DNA of 64,000 nucleotides from Lama glama (GCA_028534125.1 CM052832.1:9116001-9180000), one strand, 5' to 3'; counted from the first letter of the stretch, positions 12,030-25,599 are shown. A program made the numbers and translations. The notes: a model not told the origin generated them from the letters alone.

Positions 12030-13997
12030 TGGATATCTTTAAACTTTTTACATATGATACATTCCAAATTTTACAAGTTGTCCACAGATATTAAAGTTAT
12101 AGCCAACTTATTAAACAGATATGATTTTCCCTGATATGGAAAGCATTATATAAACATTTCTACAATAAACATAATACATGCGGAACAAATCATAAGACTA
12201 AGATGATTCTTTAGGTAGGGAAGACAATTAGCTTAATGATACACACACCAGAAAATAAAAGGGTGCATGTGTTGCTATTTCTTGTAAATTCATCTTCTCT
12301 CAGACTCTCCGACATTCTCAGAGAATGGAATTCAGGGCCACCCTCTGCTAACAACAGGCTTCTATGAAGTCAGTCTTCAAAGCTGAAGTAATGTTATGAT
12401 TTGCTGAAGATGCTTATAATCCATCTATAGAGGGAGAAAACTGGTCTTATCATTCTAAATTTAAGCTTGGTGAACATCTGGAGAAAAGCCAAGAGGCTGG
12501 ACTTAAAAGCTGAGGGAATAGGGATGTGACAGAGGCCAAAATAAACTAAAATCATGATGCCAGCCACACCCCTGGATCTTATGAATGGAAGATAGGCCAG
12601 AAAAAGCAGGTGAGCTCTGCGTTCTACTGTGGGTTTTCTTCCTGTTGGGTGAGAAGCGCCTCCTCTCAGTTGAGTGAGTCAGTCCCAGGCAAGAAAGATG
12701 AAGGTCATCCTTTCAGAGAAGGGGGTTCTTCACACACCACCCTGGAGAGGAAGCAGGGAGTGTGGCTTCGGCATCCCCACTTACTTTAGCTGAAAGTCTG
12801 GATTTCTGAGCTTCCTCCTGGGTGTACTGTGTGGAGCATGCAAAGCTGAGCAGGACGGAACTTTCAGAGGCAGTTCAAAGAAAACTGAGTGAAAGTGTTA
12901 CTTGCATTGGCTAAAAAAAAATCCAAGAGCCTCTTATTATTCATTTGTCCCTCACCTCAGAGACGCTCTGGATTTATACCACCACCAAATCTGCCATCAC
13001 TTTCCTTGTACCCAAGCTCTCAGCACCTGTGTATCACATGAGAGTAGGGTATAGTATGTCATGGTTATAAACTATTTTACTAAGCGGCTATCATTCTAGG
13101 AAGGCACCTCTTAGTAAGAACAATAATGTTTAAAAATAATAAAAAGCCTGGGCGCACAGGCTACCCCAGGAATATCCTAAGTGAGCCAGCAGGTAAACAG
13201 CAATTCATCTACTTCAGGAAATGCTAGAAGGGGTCGGGGTGAGGGAACTTTAAAACACTGAGTTCTCTCTTTTTTTTTTTTTTGCTAGTGTTCGATTTTA
13301 GATGCATACACTCTCTCAACATAGTCTTAGAAATAAGAGAATATATCGTCTGAAAAATTAGGATACTCTTGAGTTTTCAAAAAGCCCTTTAAAGTGAGTT
13401 GTTTTTTTCCCCTCAAAGCCCAAAGTCTTGTCCAGAAAAAAAAAAAAAAGGGGAAAAACAACCCAACCTTCTACAGCCCTGAAAATCACCCAGCATACAA
13501 AGATATCACCTCTTCCCCTTCTTCCCACAGGCTCTTCTGGCACCAGCGCCCCACAACCCCTTCACAGCCAGTGGAGACAAGGGAATGCCACTTTCAAAAT
13601 CCACTGCTTTCTTAGAGGTAGGGTCCTGTCAGCTGCAGGGACAAGAACCCAGTCCCAATGTGGAGAGTCACTGAGAGGGACCAGGAAGGTATGACCCCAA
13701 AAGACCAGAGACTTTGTTTCCTGCCACTGTTGAATCAGCTTCAGGCCTGGAATTCCATGTGCTCAGTAATATGACACGGCTCAGACTACTGGGAACAGTC
13801 AAATGCAGTCAGATGCCCACGAAGAGGCTGTGTCCAGAGCAGGAAAAGAAGGTCCTTGCTGGATTCTAAAACTCAAGAAGTTACATTTGAGGGACATAGC
13901 AAACGATGCAAGAAAGTCTGCTGACAAAAGATGATTTTCATCAGTTCCTGGAGCCAGAAACTAAAAATAAAACCGGGAGAAAGGCTTAAATAAAGAA

Positions 13998-14003
13998 TTT
14001 ATT
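13998..14003 (-). terminator. Candidate proximal UBR2 poly(A) signal AATAAA
   Basis: tttatt on + about 90 nt after the stop codon, with a U-rich tract downstream on the minus strand. Confidence 0.4.
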
Positions 14004-14094
14004 TTCAAATTCAGTAGAACCTATTTCCTATTTTCTTTCTTGAAAAGCCAACTGGGTTACAAAAATCCAAGTTATGTTTTTGGTAGTGAAGTAA

Positions 14095-14236
14095 TTATAA
14101 ATGCTGCCAGTCAATGCCAACGAGTGTCTGATTTGCTTCCTGGGCATGTCCAATTTCCTCTGTGATACTGTGCTGGTGCCAGAGCTTCTGGATCTTCTTA
14201 AACCGCTCTCTACACAAATGTAAAGGATTTCCTCGT
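14095..14236 (-). CDS. UBR2: UBR2 last coding exon (47)
   Basis: ctag| acceptor; (R)RGNPLHLCRERFKKIQKLWHQHSITEEIGHAQEANQTLVGIDWQHL*, the UBR2 C-terminus. Confidence 0.96.
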
Positions 14237-15553
14237 CTAGAAAGAAGACACATGTCACTCAGGATGCATTTGGTTTATTCATCTATTATACTCCAACCTT
14301 TCCTGATTTAGGAAAAGTTACAAGTTATTGGTTTTAGATCCTCTGCAAAATTTCTCTTTGGCAGGCGTCTTTGACTATTAATATGTTAGCTTTCAAGGTT
14401 TGCTAGCAGCAGCTGAAAGGGAATTAAGTGCTGAAAAGAAGAGGAAAATTAATACAAGCTACCCTTAGACTGGCGTGAGAGAATGGGAGCTGGGGTTGAG
14501 CTGGAGGATCTAGGTTGATATGCTAAAACTACCCATTCATTGTCCATTTTGGTTGGCAAAATGTAAAACAGGGAGGGGGCAAGGGAGAGGATGGAAGAAT
14601 TACAGGGGTAAAAAATGTTTTTCCAAGTAGTGTCTTTCAGCCACAAAGTCTAAGCAAATCAGTCAAAGTGAATAATTTCGGGGTCTAATTTAACCAAAGT
14701 ACAGGTATTGATGAGCTCACATGTCTGGGGCCTTGGCTCTCGGCTCAGGGCACCAGGCCTCTCACCCTCTGGCCAGGGCTCCTCCTCCTAAGAGCCCACT
14801 CTTCTCAGAGTAAAGGGAAGAACCATCAACAGGGGCACATGCCCATAACCTTGTAGTCAAGAGCCTGGGGAGCCCATGTACTTATCTTGCCTTGGTTTCT
14901 GGGCCTTCAACTTCCATTCTCCAAGGCTGGGGAGTTATATCTAGGTTAAGACTTTCATCCACTTTGGGCAAAAAGAAATAGTCTGAAAGTTCTTAAATAG
15001 TGCTTGAGGGAACTACTGTTAGCATTCTGCTTTTTATGTGATAGAATCTACCAGAAAAGAAGCGATTAAGCCTCAATTACTGTTGTATTGCTCTGCTCTA
15101 TATGTTCTAAATTTTTGTCCCCCAGATTCTTATAAGCACATCTCCTATCAATTAAGATTTGCTCTTTTACATCCCTCGAAGAACACCAGGTCTCCCACGC
15201 AAAGCTGCACAAGTTACAAGGCACTATCCCTGCAGTGCTCTGTTGCTGTGGATGCCACAGGGCAATTCACAGTTTTCTGGAGTGAGAAATGGAAAAAAGT
15301 GCACTCTGTCCCATTCTTCCCCCTTATCTATTCTGACAGCCCTAATGACATTCTAAGGGCTGGGAATGGGAATGCCAAACCAGACAGCCAGGGTGGCCTC
15401 CTTGGAAGAGTTCAGACAACAGCCACCAGTGCTAACCTCCTGGGTAAGATTAGCGGGCAGGCCTCAGGGCCACAAGGCTCATCCTGTTCACCTTGTGCTG
15501 AAGGCTCTAGAGGCCCAGAGTCAGCCAGCCCAGACCCCCAGGACGGGCCTTAC

Positions 15554-15655
15554 CTGAGTCCCTGGTCAGTCTCCCCATAGTCATCAAGATAAGGAGGAGA
15601 ATAAAAACAGCCTTTGGTTTTGCCAGCTAAAAATAGCACTTGACATTCCCGTACT
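15554..15655 (-). CDS. UBR2: UBR2 exon 46
   Basis: VRECQVLFLAGKTKGCFYSPPYLDDYGETDQGL; AG/GT boundaries; phases agree with neighbouring exons. Confidence 0.95.
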
Positions 15656-15735
15656 CTGTAGAGAGACCGTTTATACATGAGTAAACAAGGTTTGGATTCA
15701 GTTCCAAATGGTCATATAAAAAATAAACAAAACCA

Positions 15736-15953
15736 TTAGGAGTATGGCATTAACAGATACAAACTACTATACATAAAATAGACAAGCAACAAGGATTTAC
15801 TGTATAGCACAGTGAATTATACCCAGTAATTTCTAATAACCTATGATGAAACATAATCTGCAAAAAAACAAAACAAAAAACTCCCTGAATCACTATAACG
15901 TATACCTGAAACTAACGCAGTATTGTAAATCAACTATACTTCAATAAATAAAT
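15736..15953 (+). mobile_element. 5'-truncated L1 3' end with 13-bp TSD
   Basis: ggcattaacagatacaaactactatacataaaatag...tgtaaatcaactatacttcaataaa; ataaacaaaacca at 15723-15735 and 15954-15966. Confidence 0.8.
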
Positions 15954-16559
15954 ATAAACAAAACCAGAAGAGAAGCAACAGCTTTTATAGCAGAGACACC
16001 TGAAAAAGCATCAACACATCTGCCTAAGTGTTAAACATAACTAAAAGGATTGTATTGTAATCAGTAATGACTGTACTATAAGTCAATATGGGGAGGGGGA
16101 AGGATATTTAGGATTAGGATTTGATGGCTCATATAACAGTGGCATTTAAAAAATTAAGTGTGAGAAAGAAAGTTAACTTCTAAACATAAAATAGTTACTG
16201 ATACATTAACTACTATCATGAGGAAATTATTCAATAAAAATATAGTACACAAACATTATGAATTAGGTTGACCTAAAACACAAAGCAACGCTCTATACGA
16301 CCAAAAGAATACTGAAATAAGCTGGACAAGGCAAAATGCTACTTTACATTTCTCTTAAGGACTATTTTAATAATGAGTCTCCTGATCTCTTTGAGAGGTT
16401 TGCTGCACTTCCTGGTGTTACTAATTCAGCTCAATTCAACATTTATTAAGAACCTATCATACCCCATTACACAAGAAATTGTTAGGCACTGGGGGATACT
16501 AAGATGACTAAGATGTGGATATGATCTAAACCCTAGAGGAACCCAGACTCACGTCACTT

Positions 16560-17110
16560 CCCTCTTTCAGCCCTTGTGATGACGTCCATCACTCAAAGAC
16601 ATCACCAGGACACACCAGGCCCACGATTCTCACCCTTGTGCTCACTACTCCAGCAGCACCAGCCTCCTTGCTGTTTTTTTTCTTTCTTAAAATAAATTTT
16701 ATTGAGGTGTAATTTTTAAATAAAATGTATCCATTTTTACAGGAAAGTTTGATGAATTCTGTCCTTGCTGTTTCTTGAACACAGGCACACTCCCCAGCAA
16801 TTCTTCACTTGCTCCTCCCTGCCTAGAATGTTCTCCTCACTTCCTCAGGTCTTTATTCAAAAGTTACCTTCCCAGGAACTTTCCTTGGTTCCCTATCTGA
16901 AATTTAACTCCCCTCTTGCCATTTCACATTCTCCTCCCTGTTTTATTTTTTTCTCCTCTGCATGGATCACTTTCTAAATTCTTATTTTATTTTCTATCTC
17001 CCTCCCTAGAGCTCCATGAAGGCAGAGATTTTCGTCTGCTTTGTGGAATACTGCATTCTCAATTCCCAGCAGACAGCAGTCACTAATAAGTATTTGTTGT
17101 ACGTTGTTGA
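16560..17110 (+). mobile_element. L2 fragment interrupted by a short reverse-strand L1 tail (16677-16761) with 12-bp TSD
   Basis: L2-like ccttgctgtttcttgaacacaggcac...ctccatgaaggcagagattt; tccttgctgttt at 16665-16676 and 16762-16773. Confidence 0.65.
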
Positions 17111-17474
17111 ATATACACAATTATATACATCAACCTGTGGTATGTATGAATCCAAAACTATGAGGATGCAACAAAAGGGGTAATTCTGACTATGCCTGGG
17201 TAGAAAATCAAGGACAGCTGGAAGTTTCACACGAGAATGAGGCATAAAGAAAGAAGAACAGAATTGTCATGGGGATGGAAATGAAAATGGAGGAACCAGT
17301 AAAGAGTTAGCATGAGCCAAATAGGAGATGTGTGGAGACAAAACTCCCTATTTTCCACGAACGAATTAAACAGCGGCCTCAAATTCTCTGCAATGTAGTA
17401 GTTTCTTGTGCCACCACTCAACAGGCATATACCGCGGCAGATCCAGAGTTAGAAAGCTCCTTCCAGGGCCTTAC

Positions 17475-17645
17475 CTCAGGAAGATGCCCACCCCAGAACC
17501 ACAGGAGTAGGTGTGAGCTGTGCACGCTCCTACGTCCTCGCCTTCCAGTTCTGTCTGGCAGCAGTAGCTCTGGGAGCAGAGCAGGGCTCCACACACAAGG
17601 CATAGAGTTGGGGCTCTGCTTTTATCACCACCTGATTTGGGGCAC
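17475..17645 (-). CDS. UBR2: UBR2 exon 45
   Basis: CPKSGGDKSRAPTLCLVCGALLCSQSYCCQTELEGEDVGACTAHTYSCGSGVGIFLR; GAG acceptor, GTAAG donor. Confidence 0.94.
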
Positions 17646-18379
17646 CTCCATGGGATAAAAAAAGCACAAGTCAAGGCTCTAGAGGAGTGGCTAAAGAGCT
17701 GATATTGGTAGAATCACCCTGGAAAGAAATTCTGCAATATCCAGTAGAGGTGAAAATGCATACAAGACTATGGCCAAGCAAATTTATTTCTAGAACAGGG
17801 AACATCTCACACATATACACAAACATCATGTACTGGAAACACTCAAACAACAATCAGAGAAAAGAGAAAGAGAAATAAAATTATCAAGAGGAGAAAAAAA
17901 TATGTAAATTCTGCTACTGTCACATAATGAAATACTATACAACAGTGGAAAACTGATGAATTAAAAATTACATATGCCAAATGTCTAAATAAATCTTACA
18001 AACAATGCTGAGTGAAAAAAAGCTGTAGAATATGTGCAATGCTATTTTAAAGCTTAAAATAATAATAACATATGCAAAATAATAATACATATTGCTTAGG
18101 AATATAAGCATTTGTAGTTAATGTGTCATTTAAAGTGCAAATTGTTTAGATAAGCAATAACCTCTAATGAATCAAATTTGCCTCCCATTAACCCCTTTCT
18201 TATGTCTTATTCTGAAACATGGTGGAATGACGCTTTTACAAGTTAGGTAGTAGAAAGTAGTATTGATGTTATGATATCGCTACCCGCCAAAGGAGAACAA
18301 CAAATCCTTCAAATTCTATGTAGGGAAAGAAGTGTTTCTAGTGGTAGGAACCACTCAATAAGCTAAAATCAAAACTTAC

Positions 18380-18457
18380 GAGAAATGAGATGCTTGATTA
18401 ATGAGACTGCTATAATCCTCTGGAAGGTCTATCAGTTTGTTAGATTCTCTTGGATAG
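18380..18457 (-). CDS. UBR2: UBR2 exon 44
   Basis: [33 protein letters not shown]. Confidence 0.93.
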
Positions 18458-19862
18458 CTAAACAAAACAAAAACCACACCAAAAAATCAGTTAATATGAA
18501 AGCGTTAGGGTTCACATTTTCACTCGAAGAGCTCAGAATAAGTTATCAGGAGAGTAGACTGAACTTAGTACCTGCTCCATTAAGTGAGAATTTGGTAGCT
18601 TTGGGATGAAAGGGAGGGGCAGAGGAGGATATTCATGCCTGGGCTTCTACCATAACAACACACTAATGAGACAGACCAACCACAGAACTTGGCATAGAGA
18701 GGGCAGGGGAGATAGGCTTATTAGGGATGATCTAAAGGCAGAAATGAGTTGGAGGAGAGAAGGCAGTAGAACACATAAGATTTTCTTTCAATTAGAGATA
18801 CTAGGCAATGGAGATTCTGTGACAAATTAATTCAGACACAATTCAGATCCACATTCAACTGGTATTTGAGAACCATTTCTCAGAGCCCACACCTGACCAA
18901 CCTGGGCCAAGCAGTGCAACCTTTCTCAACTTCACCTATTATAGAGACAGGAGTAAACCAAAACCAAGGGAGGAGTTACTCAGACAGCAGTTCTTAAACC
19001 AGAATCACATGGGGGAAATTTTGGAGTGGGAGGCTATATACATTAGGAGCCCAATTTTAGAGAAATTAGATTTGGCAGGTAGGAGCCCGAGTATTATTTA
19101 AAAGTTCCCAAAGTTATTCTGATGTATTCTTCAGGCTGTGAACTAGTGCTCCATATAGTTTTCAGACTTCAGGGCTGACATATGAAATGGGTGATAGTCA
19201 ACCATTTCTGACTTATAAGAACTGGAATTACATATGGTTCAACCCTATCGGGTGTTATTTCTAAATTTGGGACAGGATATGTATAAAAATCAAAGAATTA
19301 GAACAGATAATCTCTAGCCTTCTGATTTTTATGAAGTATTTAGCAAAACCAAGGTGATATTAACAATGAACTACATCTGTTATCAGCTGGTATAGCATAC
19401 TTTACCACAGAATCACAACAGAGCTAATGTCAAAAGGAATAAAAAAAAGATAAAAAAAAAATGACTGGCCATGATTTGATAGTTACTGAAGCTAAATGGT
19501 AGGTATGTGGAACCTTATTATACTATTCTTCATACTTTTGGATAGTATGAAGTTTCCTATTATATAAGAAAAAAGATAGAGCTAAGAACAACTTAAGAAA
19601 AAGAGCTATATTCTTTTAAAGTAAACATTCCAAAGTATAAATAATTGTTATTTGCTTTCTCTGCCAAGATAATGCTCTATATTTATGTTCGTAATTCTGA
19701 TTCTCTTACAAACTACCATCATTAGACTAACAAGAAAAAAGTATGAAGGCAAGATGTCCTACCTCTTGGGATAACTGACGGCTTGGGAGGAACACAGCAC
19801 TTACATCCTGCCTCCTCCCCACCTCCTTCCCCGAGCCAAGTCTCTGACAATCTTTAACTTAC

Positions 19863-19919
19863 CTTATAGCATCTCTTTCACCTTCCAGGTATCTTTTAAC
19901 TTCAGTGTTATGACACCAA
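19863..19919 (-). CDS. UBR2: UBR2 exon 43
   Basis: WCHNTEVKRYLEGERDAI; AAG/GTAAG. Confidence 0.92.
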
Positions 19920-20254
19920 CTTTAATGTAAATGGGGTAAAAAAACACATTTTTACTTTTGAAGGACTAGAACTAAAATATTTTCCTCTCTAAATCTACCA
20001 AGAGAAAAACAATCTTCTTGGCTTATTATATTTATTTACCTCATCAAAAGAGGCTTGGAGATATACTGTATTTTTGCCTGTAACTTTTAAAATAAGAAGA
20101 CTTTATATGAACTTTGATTTTCTTAAAGCAAGAGGCTCAATACATTAAAATTTGTGGCTACATATACTATTACCACATTAATTTGGACCCTCTGGAAAAA
20201 CCAATCTGAATTAATGAGCTCTTATAATCTAGCCTAGAACAGTCATATAAAAAT

Positions 20255-21030
20255 ATTTTTTATTGTGGTAAAATATACGTAACATAAAATTAACCATTTA
20301 AACCATTTTTAAGTGTACAGAGTTCGTGGCATTAAGTATACGGACACTGTTAGGCAACCATCACCACCTCTGTCTCCAGAACTTTTTCACCTTTCCCAAA
20401 TGAAATTCTGTTCTTGTTAAACACTAACCCATTCTTTCTCCCCACTCCACCAGCCCCTGGCAACCACATTTCTATTTTCCATCTCTATGAATCTGACTAT
20501 TCTAGGTATCTCATATAAGTAGAAACACAATATTTGTTCTTTTGTGACTGGCTTACTTCACTTAGCCTGCCTTTGAGATTCATTCACACTGTAGCATGTG
20601 TCAGAATTTCCTTCCTGTTTAAGGCTGAATAATACTCCACTGCAGGTATATAACACATTTTATTTATCCATTCATCCGTTTATGAACATTTGGGTTGTTT
20701 CCGCCTTTTGGTTATTGTGAACAATGCTGCTATGAACAAGATTCTATGCATTCCTGCTTCCAATTCTTTGGTAATACACATCTAGAAGTGAAACAACTAG
20801 AACATACAGTAATTGTTTAACTGCCACATTGCTTTCAAGAGCAGCTGTACCATTTTCTATTCCTACTGGCAATGTACATGGATTCCAATTTCTTGACATA
20901 CTCACCAATATGTTATTACTGCCTGCCTTTTTCATTATAGCAATTCTAATGTATGTGAAGTGGTATCTCGTGATTTTTATTTGCATTTCCCTGGTTACTA
21001 GGGATATTTTATGTGTTTATCAGCCATGCG
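20255..21030 (-). mobile_element. L1M(B)-type 3' region
   Basis: Typical L1 3' UTR motifs; ORF 20744-20986 (MQIKITRYHFT...) resembles the L1 ORF2 C-terminus. Confidence 0.75.
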
Positions 21031-21401
21031 TGTACCTCTAGACTTCAATTTTCTCAAATATAAAGTGAAGGTACTGGACTAGATAATCCTTAAGGTTTCT
21101 TTCCAAAACTTCCAAAATCCATGAAACATAGCCCTTAACAAGTAAGTTAATATGAGAAAATAAACATTTCTACCACTACTCCCCTTCCAGGCAAATCTGC
21201 TTATGCTATTCACTAGCTTGGTAAAAATCTTACAATAAAGGTAAATCCTTAACTAAGAAGACCCAATCATTATAGTTTGAATCACATGGATTGAATTCTG
21301 CCAGGTTTATTATCCGAGAATTTTGTAAAATATGTGATAAACTGAAGATTGTTTCCATACATACATATATTCCAATATAAAGCAAAGTACATAATCATTA
21401 C

Positions 21402-21510
21402 CTTTCAATCAGTAATTTCATTATCTCCTTATTTTCTTGAAAAAGGCAAATGAGGTTGTTTGGCAGGGAAAGATAGTTACATAAATGTTCAAAATGGCTT
21501 GTTTCAGAAG
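21402..21510 (-). CDS. UBR2: UBR2 exon 42
   Basis: SETSHFEHLCNYLSLPNNLICLFQENKEIMKLLIE; CAG/GTAAT. Confidence 0.93.
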
Positions 21511-22002
21511 CTGCAAATAGAGAAGAAAAGAGTAATGCATTTAACAACTAAGAGTAGATTCTATATGAGAGCAAGCAATAGAAGAGCTTAAAACAAACAA
21601 ACAAACAAACAAAACCCCAAAAACTCAAGATGAAAGAGTTCAGTTTTGCTAGATATATAACTTATAGGAAGTTACTAAGATGGCTCATGGAAGGCTTCCA
21701 CAGAAAATGACACAATTCACTTTTTCAAATCTGAAGAACCCAGTTTATGAATAACTGAACATTTTTAACATCTGAAAGCAGAACATTTTTTGTACATATA
21801 TAAAAACAGTACACTTACTGAGAGCCAAATAAAATCAGATACATAACATAAATATGCATTTTAATTCTATAATTATGTACATCACTATAGTCAATTAGCT
21901 GTTTTCTAAACTTTTAACCAGTTTTCATTTTTACAAGTCACTTTAATTCTTAAATTGCTGAAGTGAAGTATCTCCTATATTTTGAAAGAAATCAGAAATT
22001 AC

Positions 22003-22133
22003 CTTGAGTTTCAGATGGAGAAGGAACTCCATTTAAGTAATGGAAAAACAATGCAGAACACCTCAGGAAAGGCATGACTCCAGCTCTGACATTCCTCCAC
22101 AGATGCCAACCGGAGGGTATTTCTTTCAAGGCA
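22003..22133 (-). CDS. UBR2: UBR2 exon 41
   Basis: ALKEIPSGWHLWRNVRAGVMPFLRCSALFFHYLNGVPSPSETQ; TAG/GTAAT. Confidence 0.94.
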
Positions 22134-23211
22134 CTAAAAAAGAGAAAATTGATAACTGGGAAATCTAATAAGAAAAGATTCTAGTTATAGTACAGCATGA
22201 AAACAGAAAACTGTTTTTTGAAATTGATGGCACATAGGCTTAAAAGAAGTGGGTAGCCCTATCACAGGATGTCAGGTATATTTGGTGATACAGCCTCCAA
22301 TGCTGTTATTAAAATTTATAAAAGTAATACAGCTACATAGAGTGAAAACTTGGAAAATAAAAAAACTACCCACTACCCTACAACCTTTTATCAGCAGGTA
22401 TTATTCTGGCAAGCTGTTTTCATGTTCATCTGTCTTACATAGCTGTAATTGTTATGTATGACATTTAAGATTAACATGTTTTTCAGAACACCATAAGCCA
22501 TAATTTTTATTGGAATTTTGATATTCTAGATAATATTAATCATATTAATACTACTATTAATATTACTACACTAAATTCCTCCCCTGCAGGTAAACACATT
22601 GTTTTAAATTCTTCGCGAATATAAATAATCTTAGTGTACATCTTTATAGATGTATATATATAGATTTTTCCATATGTTGGATTATTTTGTTAGTGTGGGT
22701 TCTCAGAAATAACAGTCAAAGAACAAATAGTATGGTTCTTGACAAATACTGTTAAAAAGGTAAGTGAAACTGTTGTAACCAATCACAATGACAGCAACAA
22801 TATGTGAGAGTCTAAGAATGTCACTGTACTCCTGCCAGTTCTGGATATCACCTTAAAAATATATTATGTCTATTTAATTTGCATTTTCAAATTCCTAGTA
22901 AGACAACATATGTTCCAGAATAGCACTTTCTAAAGCAAGTTCCATGTTTCCACTAGTCCATGCCAGATCCTCCGAGACAAAAGGATTCCGTGGCCAAATA
23001 AACGTGGGAAGTGCTGCACATCACTCCTCTCTGAGATTCCCAATCAGGTTAGCATATTAAGAGTTCAGCAGTCCTGTAGATCACTCCTCCATCTTCTTTT
23101 TAAACATGTTAACAGGCAGCAATTTCCCTTACTTAACAAATGAAGTCCTTTTTCATGCTGTCGCTTCCTAATGTCGGGGACCTGCCCGTCATGTAGAGAT
23201 TGTGCTCTTAC

Positions 23212-23302
23212 CTTCCTGTACACTGGTGAATTGTCTTATACAAAGCAAGAACTGCTAGTTCCTCCTCTCCAGCAGCATTTTCTTGATCCATGCCATTCTC
23301 TT
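23212..23302 (-). CDS. UBR2: UBR2 exon 40
   Basis: ENGMDQENAAGEEELAVLALYKTIHQCTG; CAG/GTAAG. Confidence 0.92.
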
Positions 23303-23794
23303 CTGAAAGATAAGGCAGTATTAGTACTCTGCACTTTGCCCACTAAGTGGACTGATGACCATATCTTTAAGCACTCAAATATATTCACACACTCAAATGT
23401 AATATAAAAATACTCTCACAAAACACTCTGAACTTTAATCCCTCAGGTGTGAGCCTCAGGGAGAGGAAGCCAACGTGCCTCAAGGTGCCAGGCAGCAACC
23501 TGTGAGTGAAATCAGCTAAACAGTCTGCGGTACTCAGATATTACTAAACATATAAAATAAAAAGTAAGTAAAAACATTCACATTGCTTAAGGACTTTAAC
23601 GGAAGGGAAGCTGTTTCAAAATTTTTCACATGAGGATAAGCAAGTTTTTACCATTTATTTTACTGTTTACTACTACAAGTAACCTAACTATAATTTACAT
23701 ATTGTTCTCATCCAAGAACCTTTTCCTTTAGTACTTCTTTTTTAAACTGAGAAAACTCAAGTACTTCCTTCAAGAATCTGACAAAAGGAGTTAC

Positions 23795-23930
23795 CTGTAC
23801 ACGAGGTAAGTAAGATCTGTACGATGTGTGCCATAGTAACCAGATGGAAGATGTGAAGGTCCCCAGTGCCAAGGCTGATCCCTGAAAAATCCTGACACTG
23901 CAGTGCAGGGAAGGCGAGCACCAAGCCCAC
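23795..23930 (-). CDS. UBR2: UBR2 exon 39
   Basis: VGLVLAFPALQCQDFSGISLGTGDLHIFHLVTMAHIVQILLTSCT; TAG/GTAAC. Confidence 0.94.
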
Positions 23931-25177
23931 CTAGATACCAAATACAGAGGGTTAGACAGAGCGCCTTCCCTTTCCCAGCTGAACATGTTTCCATTTTCTT
24001 AATGTGATTCCTCTGTGAGCTCAGTGCCTCCCCTTAAGAAATCTTTGGTCTTAACTGGTACACACGTTAGGAATTCCACTAGGATTGACTAAAGAAAATT
24101 TAACTTAAAGCCGGAGGGGTCTTGATCAGTATTATTACTTCATTTATCCAGTGATTCCCCTATTTATAATTTATTGTTAATAATAAAAAAATAACACTTG
24201 AAATCTTTCTAGATAATGAGCAGTGGAAAAAGCCTGAGTTTTGGATCCACAAAGATCTAGATATGAATCCCAGAACATTTTATGAGCCCTACAGACAAGT
24301 ACTCTGAGCTTCAGTTTCCCTGTTGGTATACTGGAGATAATATATATGTGTTTTCAATACCTTAGTAGTAAGGATGTAAGGACTAAGTGAAGATGAACGT
24401 GAAAGCAGTCAGGTACACAAAAAGGGCTAGCTCTTTCGCTAGCCTCCTGATGTGTATATGGTGGTGTTAGTGGTGGTGGTTTTCCCAGGAGCAATGGGAA
24501 CAATAAGAATGGCTAACATTCACTAAGGACATATTGCTTTAAGCTCTTTGCATTGATTATCATATTGAATTTTGACACAATCATATTAGGAAGATACTAA
24601 CCAACTTGAAGGCACAGAATCTGATGCCCAAAGGGGTTAAGGGGGCAGCATTTGGGGCTGCTGTGCACGGTAGTACACTCAGTGTCCTGCATAAGGGGAT
24701 ATGATTGAAGTGGGGCTGAGGTTCAGTCACACTGCTTGGCCAGTCCTGGGTCCTGGTGCAGACTGCACCTGCTCAGGAGACACGTCTTCCGTAAATCCCA
24801 CAAAGAGACTGTCTGTCGCTAAGCAGTGTGACCACAGGGCTGTATCTGCCCCAAAGCACAGCAGGAGTTGGCAGGAACCCTTACATTACTAGTGTTATTT
24901 TTACTTCTTTATAATAAAAAGTACAGAGAGGTTACATTACTGACCTCAGTCACAAAGCAAAAATAAGAGAGCTCGGATTAGACACCCAAGTCAAGTCTCT
25001 CAACTGGATTCCTTAACATTTTCTTTTTGAGGATCCCCAGAAAAGAACTGTACTCAGAAATGGTAAGAAGAATAGATGATAATTCCTCCTGTCTGCCTCT
25101 ATATTACTCATTAAGTCTAAGATAAAATTATACAGTATGATAAAGAGAATTTCAAGCACAAATTACAAGATACCCAC

Positions 25178-25245
25178 CAATAAATGAAACATGTCGATAT
25201 CTAATATGCATGGAAGGTCTCCGAAGTTGTAAACAGGCACCAATG
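25178..25245 (-). CDS. UBR2: UBR2 exon 38
   Basis: LVPVYNFGDLPCILDIDMFHLL; TAG/GTGGG. Confidence 0.9.
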
Positions 25246-25502
25246 CTAAATATTTAAAGAAAAACACATGAGCATATTTTATAGGTTAACATTAGTATTA
25301 AATTATTTAAAAATGCATATAATTTAGTTTAAATTTATTTTTTTTGCAAGCTATACATGAATTGATAAGCTAGAACTTGTATATAAGACGAACAATATCA
25401 CCAAAATATTTCTTTCATGATGGAGGGAAGTTTCACCACTAAAAACAAAACTACAGAAGATGAAAAATTACCACAACATATGGGACATATATTGATACTC
25501 AC

Positions 25503-25599
25503 ATGCAAAGAGTTTACAAAAGTGTCCCTGCACCACTGAAAGTGATACCACTGTCCAATGTGCTGCAGCAAATCTTGTCAGTGACCTAAGACAGTCATC
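25503..25599 (-). CDS. UBR2: UBR2 exon 37
   Basis: DDCLRSLTRFAAAHWTVVSLSVVQGHFCKLFA; CAG/GTGAG. Confidence 0.93.

Larger units (their letters stand above)
12005..14094 (-). other. UBR2: Putative UBR2 3' UTR (long form)
   Basis: Sequence with no repeats I could recognise, between the TAA stop (14097-14095) and a minus-strand AATAAA at 12029-12024; the end is inferred. Confidence 0.6.

Noticed and set aside
15038..15580. 180-aa + strand ORF antisense to the last UBR2 intron and exon 46
   Set aside because: Non-ATG start, no recognisable domain, and composition typical of a chance ORF in moderately GC-rich intron.
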